This document shows, in pieces, positions 19,751-26,257 of a DNA stretch of 64,000 nt (the first letter of the stretch is position 1; every line of letters begins with the position of its first letter). The stretch is from positions 225,713 to 289,712 of the forward strand of contig CAZUQM010000002.1 of the NCBI GenBank assembly GCA_964622545.1. The letters are read 5' to 3'. The DNA comes from an uncultured Planctomycetales bacterium (GTDB lineage: Bacteria; Planctomycetota; Phycisphaerae; UBA1845; JAFGLZ01). Position numbers and translations under genes: made by a program. The notes beneath the pieces are model-generated. The model was not told the origin of the DNA. It was given only the letters and a program-made list of their open reading frames with translations, and searched no databases.

Positions 19751-21106
19751 TCATTGTGCGAACCGCTCCAGCCGGCGGAGGGCGTCGTCCTTCTCCCTCG
19801 GCTCGACCTTCGCCCGGGCCACCGCCCGCTCGAGCAGGGCGATGTTCTTGTCGTACAGCCCTCGGTCGACCGGATAGGGGAATCCGTCCTTGCCGCCGTG
19901 GGCGAGGCTGAACGTGGCCGGGTCGCGCCGCGACGGTGCGGCCGACGAGCCATGGATGATCTCAGCGATCAGGGCGAGGCTGCGCACGGTCTTCGCGCCG
20001 ACGCCCTTCATCGCAAGCAGGCCTTCGAAGGTTTGCGGCGGGTTCTCGTAGACGCCGGCAAGCGTCCTGGCCAGCCAGGCCGGGTTCACGTCCTTCGGCA
20101 AGACGGGATGATGCTCGGGCATGAACAGTGACGGGCCGGCCTGGACCTCACGGAGGAACTTGTCCGGATGCATCGTGGCCACGTCGACGCTGGCCGACCG
20201 GCAGCCGTCGGCCTCGGCCGCGACCAGGTTGAGCATGAACTGCTCGCCCGTCAGCGCCCGGGCCATGATCGCATTGTGCGGCTCGCAGACGAACGAGGCA
20301 ATATGCGGTCCTTCGGAAGCGTCCGCATCACAAGACACGTCCTCCCTTTGACCGCGCATACTGCCTTCACTCACACGCTGCTTGTCTTCATCGTCTACCG
20401 GGCGATCAAAAACGCGACCGTGAGGAAGTACCGCCTCTCGGTCGTTGCGCGAATCCGCGGACGGCCCGTCAGAGACGCGACCGTGAGGGAGCGTTGCTGC
20501 TGAACCATGCTCATCGGCTGACGATGCTCCATCCTCGCGCTCACCGCCGTCGCTTGACCCAACCCCGCCCGGCAGCATCTCCAACCAGTGATACCGCCGC
20601 GCATAGCTGTTGGCATCGCACATGCCCTGCTGCACGACACACCATCGGCCCTGATCGTCGAAGAAGAAGCTGTGGTGGTAGAGCTCGTAGCCGTCTTGCA
20701 CGGCCGCGCTGTCGACCTTGGCCGACATCTTCGAGGCGTAGACGAGCCGGTCGGCCGCCACGCCCGTTCGATCGCCGACGGCCGTGATTTCGTGAGGGGT
20801 CTTGCGACTGACGCCACCCTTGCCGCCGGCCGCGTGAATGCCCAGGTCGTCGCCGAGCCGCTTGTAGGCCTCTTTGATCGCACCGCATGTGACGGTCGTC
20901 AGGCCGCTGCTATGCCAGTCGAACCCGAGCACGCACCCGAAGGCCTGGAACCAGTGCGGGTCGGCCAGGCGTGTCAGCACTTCTCCCGGCCCGTAGTCAG
21001 CCACGATGAGCTGCACGATCGATCCGGCCAGCCGGTGCATCCGCTTGAACAGCCATCCCGGCGCCTGTCCACCGTGTAGTGGCAGGTTGGCGACGCTGCG
21101 CTTCAT
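19751..21106 (-). CDS. DUF763 domain protein with an ~90-aa acidic low-complexity insert
   Basis: N-terminus LPLHGGQAPGWLFKRM..LADPHWFQAFGCVLGFDWHSSGLTT and C-terminus GVGAKTVRSLALIAE..HGGKDGFPYPVDR match my recollection of DUF763. Residues ~178-266 are D/E/S/G-rich and carry the element-derived LPHGRVxD repeats. Confidence 0.8.
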   Translation of the reverse strand: MKRSVANLPLHGGQAPGWLFKRMHRLAGSIVQLIVADYGPGEVLTRLADPHWFQAFGCVLGFDWHSSGLTTVTCGAIKEAYKRLGDDLGIHAAGGKGGVSRKTPHEITAVGDRTGVAADRLVYASKMSAKVDSAAVQDGYELYHHSFFFDDQGRWCVVQQGMCDANSYARRYHWLEMLPGGVGSSDGGEREDGASSADEHGSAATLPHGRVSDGPSADSRNDREAVLPHGRVFDRPVDDEDKQRVSEGSMRGQREDVSCDADASEGPHIASFVCEPHNAIMARALTGEQFMLNLVAAEADGCRSASVDVATMHPDKFLREVQAGPSLFMPEHHPVLPKDVNPAWLARTLAGVYENPPQTFEGLLAMKGVGAKTVRSLALIAEIIHGSSAAPSRRDPATFSLAHGGKDGFPYPVDRGLYDKNIALLERAVARAKVEPREKDDALRRLERFAQ

Positions 21107-21138
21107 GCGGGCATTGTATCAGCTACCGCGACAAGCGA

Positions 21139-21855
21139 TCACTTCTTCACCGGCACGACCCAGATGTTGCGATAGCTGACGGGGTTGCCGTGGTCTTGCA
21201 GCATGATCGGGCCGGGCTTGGTCGGGTCCCACTTCATGTGGGCCCGCGTCGGGCCCTTCAGCTCGACGTCGTCCTGCACCTTGATGCCGTTCTGGACGCA
21301 CGAGATGCGGCCCTGCTTGACGATCTTGCCGGCCTTGTCGAACCGCGGCGCGGTGAACGTGATGTCGTAGCTCTGCCACTGCCCCGCCGGCAGGCAGGCG
21401 TTGACCTTGGGCGGATAGCAGTCGTACAGCGCCCCGCAATCGCCCTTGCCCGGTTTGTCGATACCGTGGCTGTCGAGCACCTGGATCTCGTACAGGCCCT
21501 GGACGTAGACGCCGCTGTTGCCGCGGCCCTGGCCCTGCGCGTCGGGCATCTTGGGGCAGCGGAACTCGACGTGCAGCTTGACGTCGGTGAACGTCTGCTT
21601 CGTGCGGATGTCGCCCGTTTTGGGCACGACGGTCATGCAGCCGTCGGCGATCGTCCACTTGATCGGTTTGCCGTCGTAGTGCGTCCAGGCCGAGGCGTCC
21701 TTGCCGTCGAAGAGCACGATCGCGCCCTTGGGCGGCTTGGCGGCATGAAGCTTGGGTTTCTTGGCCGAGCGGCACTGCTCAGCCGAGGCCGAACCGACCA
21801 CGATACAGGCCAGCAGCGAACTGGTGGCGATCTTCGTGAGCATCGTTGGCATCAT
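21139..21855 (-). CDS. DUF1080 (3-keto-disaccharide hydrolase-like) secreted protein, paralogue 1
   Basis: AGGAG RBS. MMPTMLTKIATSSLLACIVVGSASA signal peptide. Family motifs AIVLFDGKDASAW, KLHVEFR, GNSGVYVQGLYEIQVLDS, CGALY, IMLQDHGNPVSYRNIWV. Confidence 0.9.
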   Translation of the reverse strand: MMPTMLTKIATSSLLACIVVGSASAEQCRSAKKPKLHAAKPPKGAIVLFDGKDASAWTHYDGKPIKWTIADGCMTVVPKTGDIRTKQTFTDVKLHVEFRCPKMPDAQGQGRGNSGVYVQGLYEIQVLDSHGIDKPGKGDCGALYDCYPPKVNACLPAGQWQSYDITFTAPRFDKAGKIVKQGRISCVQNGIKVQDDVELKGPTRAHMKWDPTKPGPIMLQDHGNPVSYRNIWVVPVKK

Positions 21856-22036
21856 TTGTGTTTCTCCTGATGGCGTGTCCCACACAACGACAATCCATGA
21901 TCCTTCGAACACCTGAGTCGATCAACATGGCCGGCCGGTGAAGTTAGCGGTGTCGCGAGGGACCCCGCAAGGCTCCGTCGCGCGCGACGGGGCTAACCGC
22001 TTCGACCCGTTACGCCACCGTTTCTGGCCGTAGGTT

Positions 22037-22188
22037 CTAGTGCTGCATTTCAGAAGTATCGCGATGACCTGTCCGAGCCGCCGGATTGATCCGGCGCGGC
22101 CGCGCGGCATGAATGCCGCGGCTCGAGCAGAAGCCGTGGTGTGTGCCGCCCTGTCCATAGTCACACGATTTGTGAAACGCGGCACTAG
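22037..22188 (+). repeat. CTAG-bounded MITE-like element, type 2 (copy 1)
   Basis: Starts CTAGTGCTGCATTTCAGAA and ends TTTGTGAAACGCGGCACTAG (imperfect TIR). The core CGAGCCG-CCGGATTGATCCGG-CGCGGCCGCG-CGGCATGAATGCCG-CGGCTCG can fold as a stem enclosing two hairpins around a GCGGCCGC palindrome. A second copy lies inverted at 51924-52075. Confidence 0.75.
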
Positions 22189-22400
22189 TACCCGACCACA
22201 AGTGAATCTGTCGGTTCCCAGCTTCGGGGCCAACGTGGGAGACGCTCCCACGTCCGATCGATGCCCCGCCGGAGACGCGACCGTCAGGGAGCGTTGCTGT
22301 TCAAACGCTCCAACAGCACAGCTCCCTGACGGTCGCTGCTCTGAGTGGCGTATCGCTTACCTGATCGGAACCCACAAAAACAAGTGTGGTCGGGTACTAG
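22185..22400 (+). repeat. CTAG-bounded MITE-like element, type 1 (copy B1)
   Basis: 16-nt perfect TIR: CTAGTACCCGACCACA (22185-22200) and TGTGGTCGGGTACTAG (22385-22400). GGGAGACGCTCCC hairpin. Long hairpin at 22277-22336. Shares its left CTAG with the type-2 element and its right CTAG with copy B2. Confidence 0.85.
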
Positions 22401-22612
22401 TACCCGACCACAAGTGAATCTGTCGGTTCCCAGCTTCGGGGCCAACGTGGGAGACGCTCCCACGTCCGATCGATGCCCCGCCGGAGACGCGACCGCCAGG
22501 GAGCGTTGCTGTTCAAGTGCCCCAACAGCACAGCTCCCTGACGGTCGCTGCTCCGAGCGGCGTCTCGCCGTCCTGACGAAAACCTACAAGAACAAGCGTG
22601 GCGAGGTTCTAG
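22397..22612 (+). repeat. CTAG-bounded MITE-like element, type 1 (copy B2)
   Basis: Near-identical to B1 through 22397-22560, with the long hairpin at 22489-22548. The right end is degenerate (CAAGCGTGGCGAGGTTCTAG). Confidence 0.8.
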
Positions 22613-22656
22613 TCCGTAAGCGGCTCGGAGTATCCCGCCATGATCGAAGAGACGAC

Positions 22657-23436
22657 CTACTCGATCGGTACGGCCCAGATGTTGCGATAGGCCACGGTGT
22701 TGCCGTGGTCTTGCAGCAGCAGCGGACCCGGGCGGTCGAGCTGACGGTAGCCGATGCCGCCCGGCGTCGTGCCTGGAATCTCGGCGTTGTCGATGATCGT
22801 GATGCCGTTATGGACGACGGTCAAGCGCGGCCCGGTCAGCAGCTTCCGCCCCTTGCCGAACGTCGGCGCGATGAACGTGATGTCGTAGCTCTGCCACTGC
22901 TTCGGCGGCAGGCAGGCGTTCACCTTCGGCGTGATCTTGCTGTACAGCGCGCCGCAGTCGTTGTTCTGGATCGGCCGGCCTATGTCGTAGCTGTCGAGCA
23001 CCTGCACCTCATAACGGCCCTGCAAGAACACCCCACTGTTGCCGCGGGCCTGGCTGCCCTTGGGCGCGTCGGGCATGTAGGGCGTGCGGAACTCAATATG
23101 CAGCTTATGGCTTCGGAACCGCTCCTTCGACATGATGCTGCCCGACCTCGGCACGCACACCAGGGCGCCCCCCTCGACCTTCCACGGACACGGCTTGCCG
23201 TTGAGCCGGACCCACCCGGAGGCGTCCTGGCCGTCGAAGAGCACGACCGCGCCCTTCGGCGGCTTGGCCAAGTGCGGCGTCGGCTCCTCCGGCTCGGGCT
23301 TGTCGATGGGCCTCTCGGCGACGCTGGGGGCAGCGGACGTCGCCTTGCCGCTCGCGCACCCCGCGAGCAGGACGGCCAGACAACACACCGCTGCCGCCAA
23401 CCCCACGGGCACCACGGATCGCAACGTATACAGCAT
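22657..23436 (-). CDS. DUF1080 lipoprotein, paralogue 2
   Basis: GAGGAG RBS. MLYTLRSVVPVGLAAAVCCLAVLLAGC lipobox. Motifs AVVLFDGQDASGW, KLHIEFRTPYMPDA, GNSGVFLQGRYEVQVLDS, CGALY, LLLQDHGNTVAYRNIWAVP. Confidence 0.9.
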   Translation of the reverse strand: MLYTLRSVVPVGLAAAVCCLAVLLAGCASGKATSAAPSVAERPIDKPEPEEPTPHLAKPPKGAVVLFDGQDASGWVRLNGKPCPWKVEGGALVCVPRSGSIMSKERFRSHKLHIEFRTPYMPDAPKGSQARGNSGVFLQGRYEVQVLDSYDIGRPIQNNDCGALYSKITPKVNACLPPKQWQSYDITFIAPTFGKGRKLLTGPRLTVVHNGITIIDNAEIPGTTPGGIGYRQLDRPGPLLLQDHGNTVAYRNIWAVPIE

Positions 23437-23563
23437 CTCTGTCTCCTCGCTCACTCGCGTCGCCACGGCGCGGTCTCGCCCGCCGCAACGACAAAACAGA
23501 TGGCACGGCCGAGCGCGGGCCCGACCGTGCCTGGGGTCCTCCATGCGTCTGTCGCCGACCGCC

Positions 23564-24691
23564 CTACTTCATCGGCACGACCCAGATGTTCCGGAAGGCC
23601 ACGGTGTTGCCGTGGTCTTGCAGCATCAGCGGGCCCTTCTTGGTCGGGTCCTTGTCGATGCCGCCCGGCGTGACCTTCGCCTCGGCGTTGTCGATGATCG
23701 TCACGCCGTTCTGGACGACCGTCAGCCGGGCCGGCTTGGTCATCTTGCCGTCCTTGAACTGGGGCTCGACGAACGTGATGTCGAAGCTCTGCCACTCCTT
23801 CGGCGGCAGGCAGGCGTTCTTGCTCGGCTTGATCTGGCTGTAGAGCGCGCCGCAATCGTTGTTCTGGATCGGCCGGCCGATGTTGTAGCTGTCGAGCACC
23901 TGCACCTCGTAGCGGCCCTGGATGTAGACGCCGCTGTTGCCGCGCGCCTGGCTGCCCACCTTGGCCTCGGGCATGTAGGGCGTTCGGAACTCGATGTGCA
24001 GCTTGTGGCTGCCGAACGTCTTCTTGCTCTTGACGCTGCCGCTCTTGGGCGTGCAGACCAGCGCGCCGTCCTTGACCTGCCACTTGACGGGCTTGCCGTC
24101 ATAGTGCGTGAACTCCGCCGCGCTCTTGCCGTCAAACAGGACGATCGCGCTCTTCGGCGGCTTGGCGAAGTTCGGCTTGATGTCCTTGGCGACGTCCGGG
24201 CCGGGCTTGCTCGCCTCCTTCTTGGGAGCAGGTTTCTTCTTCGGCTCGGGCTTCTTGGCCTCTTTCTTGGGCTTGGGCTTCGGGGCCGGCTTCTTGTCTT
24301 CCTTCTTCGGTTCCGGCTTGGGCGCAGGCTTCTTGGCTTCCTTCTTCGGCTCAGGCTTGGGAGCGGGCTTCTTCGCCTCCTTCTTGGGTTGGGGCTTGCC
24401 TGCGGGTTTCTTCTCTTCTTGCTTCGGCTCAGGCTTCGGGGCCGGTTTCTTGTCTTCCTTCTTCGGTTCCGGCTTGGGCGCAGGCTTCTTGGCCTCCTTC
24501 TTGGGCTCCGGCCTGGGAGCGGGCTCCTCGGTCTTCTTGGCGGGTTTGGCCTCCGTCTTCTTGGCCTCGGTATCCTTCTTTGGGGCCTGCTTCTGGGCCT
24601 CCTGCTGACAGCCCGTCAGCGCGATCGCCAAGCCCACGGCGGCCACGACCGTCAGGTGTCGCCCCATCGTCGTCCAATGCGATCTCTGCAT
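23564..24691 (-). CDS. DUF1080 lipoprotein, paralogue 3, with a long Lys/Pro/Glu-rich linker
   Basis: GAGGAGG RBS 7 nt before ATG 24691. Lipobox GLAIALTGCQ. A ~150-aa linker of KKEAKKPAPKPEPKKEDKKPAPKPEP-type repeats, then the DUF1080 motifs (AIVLFDGKSAAEF, KLHIEFRTPYMPEA, GNSGVYIQGRYEVQVLDS, LMLQDHGNTVAFRNIWVVP). Confidence 0.9.
   Translation of the reverse strand: MQRSHWTTMGRHLTVVAAVGLAIALTGCQQEAQKQAPKKDTEAKKTEAKPAKKTEEPAPRPEPKKEAKKPAPKPEPKKEDKKPAPKPEPKQEEKKPAGKPQPKKEAKKPAPKPEPKKEAKKPAPKPEPKKEDKKPAPKPKPKKEAKKPEPKKKPAPKKEASKPGPDVAKDIKPNFAKPPKSAIVLFDGKSAAEFTHYDGKPVKWQVKDGALVCTPKSGSVKSKKTFGSHKLHIEFRTPYMPEAKVGSQARGNSGVYIQGRYEVQVLDSYNIGRPIQNNDCGALYSQIKPSKNACLPPKEWQSFDITFVEPQFKDGKMTKPARLTVVQNGVTIIDNAEAKVTPGGIDKDPTKKGPLMLQDHGNTVAFRNIWVVPMK
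24281..24592 (-). repeat. in-frame tandem duplication (~156-nt period) inside the KPE linker
   Basis: The ~100 nt starting at 24281 (CGGGGCCGGCTTCTTGTCTTCCTTCTTCGGTTCCGGCTTGGGCGCAGGCTTCTTGGC...) recur almost exactly from 24437. The flanks are the same low-complexity CTTCTT/GGC repeats. Confidence 0.7.
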
Positions 24692-24936
24692 GGCTCGTCC
24701 TCCTCGAACTGGAATGAAGTTATCGTCTCGAGATGCGCAACCGAGCGCTTCCGAGGATTGTAGCGGGCGTCATGCGCCACGCAACCCTGCACACGTTTGA
24801 TGCGACGAGCGAGAAAGCTCGATCCGGATGCCTGGACACGATCGCCGCGGGGCGCGATGATGAACCCGGCTTCGGGGCGTCCCAACGGCGCACCAGCGCC
24901 CCGTCACGCATCCCGGCAACGAACAGGAGGTCTTCC

Positions 24937-26205
24937 ATGCCCACACACGACACGACTCGGCGAACGTTCCTGACCGGCGCGGCCACCGGAGCCGCGGGTC
25001 TGGCCGCTGCCCACGCCCTGCCGGCCAGCGGCGAGGTCGCCGGCGCCAACGAGCGGATCAACGTCGGCATCATCGGCTGCGGCAGCCGCGGCACGCGGTG
25101 GTGCATGAAGAGCGTCCTCTCGCTGGCCAAGAAGCACAACCTCCGCATCACGGCCGTCTGCGACGTCTGGGCCCCGGCGCTCGAATCCGCCAAGGCCCAG
25201 GTCAAGAAGGCCTTCGGCACGGAGCCCTTCGCCACGACCGACTACGAAGAGCTGCTGGCCCGCGACGACGTCGACGCCGTCACCATCGCCACGCCCGACC
25301 ACGCCCACTCGCCGATCCTGACCGCCGCCTGCAAGGCCGGCAAGGACGCCTACTGCGAGAAGCCCATGGCCGTCCGCCTGCAGGACGCCAGGGCCGCCCT
25401 CAAGGCCGCTCGCGACAACAAGCGCGTCGTCCAGATCGGCACGCAGCGACGCAGCGACGGTCGCTTCCGGGCCTGGGCCGACTTCTTCCAGGCCGGCAAG
25501 CTCGGCAAGGTCACCAAGATCGAGATCGGCTGGCACGACAGCAAACCGCGCTGGCGCCGCGACTACGGCGACGTCAAGCAGAAGGACGTCGATTGGAAAC
25601 GCTACCTCATGTACCTGCCCGATCGACCGTTCGACCCGAAACGCTACCGACGCTGGCACCTCTACAAGGACTACACGCTCGGGCCGGTCGCCCTGCTCGG
25701 CAGCCACTACATCGACGTCGTGGCCTGGTTCCTCAGCGCCCAATGCCCGACGGCCGGCACGCAGCTCGGCGGGACCTACATCTGGGGCGACGACGGCCGC
25801 GAACACCCCGACACCTGCGACAGCCTGATCGAGTATCCCGAGGGATTCCTCTGCCTCTATACCAACCACTTCGGCAACAGCTATCGCAGCGGCGACATCA
25901 CGATGTACGGCACGTACGGCACGTTCAGCAACTGGAAGGTGATCGCCGGCGGCGCGCCCGAGGGCAAGAAGCGCTTCCCCAAACCGTTCGAGGTACAGCC
26001 CGTCGCGGGCGAGAACCACGTCGAGAACTGGGTGAGCTGCCTGCGGTCGCGCAAGGACCCGAACGCCCCGATCGAAGCCGGCTACAACCACTCGGTCGCG
26101 TGCATCCTCGCCGCCGAGGCCCTGCACCGCGGCACACGGATGGTCTACGACCCGGCGTCGATGACGATCAAGCCAGATGCCCCGCAACCGGGGATGTATG
26201 TGTGA
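24937..26205 (+). CDS. Tat-signal Gfo/Idh/MocA family oxidoreductase
   Basis: AGGAGG RBS before ATG 24937. Twin-arginine signal MPTHDTTRRTFLTGAATGAAGLAAAHA. Rossmann motif INVGIIGCGSRG and CEKPM motif. The antisense ORF 24904..26817 is rejected. Confidence 0.9.
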   Translation: MPTHDTTRRTFLTGAATGAAGLAAAHALPASGEVAGANERINVGIIGCGSRGTRWCMKSVLSLAKKHNLRITAVCDVWAPALESAKAQVKKAFGTEPFATTDYEELLARDDVDAVTIATPDHAHSPILTAACKAGKDAYCEKPMAVRLQDARAALKAARDNKRVVQIGTQRRSDGRFRAWADFFQAGKLGKVTKIEIGWHDSKPRWRRDYGDVKQKDVDWKRYLMYLPDRPFDPKRYRRWHLYKDYTLGPVALLGSHYIDVVAWFLSAQCPTAGTQLGGTYIWGDDGREHPDTCDSLIEYPEGFLCLYTNHFGNSYRSGDITMYGTYGTFSNWKVIAGGAPEGKKRFPKPFEVQPVAGENHVENWVSCLRSRKDPNAPIEAGYNHSVACILAAEALHRGTRMVYDPASMTIKPDAPQPGMYV

Positions 26206-26257
26206 CGCGGCATGCGGCCGCGACATGCCGAGAATGCGCCCCAATAGGAGGTAGCAC

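Noticed and set aside
18661-19911. 416-aa plus-strand ORF (TTG start)
   Set aside because: It is Arg/Pro/Gly-rich nonsense-like sequence that overlaps both the 3' end of DUF763 and the minus-strand secreted-protein gene. The minus-strand gene has a proper signal peptide and GC3 bias.
22185-22612. Possible CRISPR array (direct repeats)
   Set aside because: There are only two ~215-nt units, abutting without spacers. Each has terminal inverted repeats and internal hairpins. No cas genes are present. The units fit a MITE-like element, not CRISPR.
23084-24763. 559-aa plus-strand ORF with striking LLGLGLR/FLLRLRL repeats
   Set aside because: It is the antisense read-out of the Lys/Pro/Glu linker and DUF1080 domains of the minus-strand genes, so the repeats are mirror images of KKPAPKPEP.
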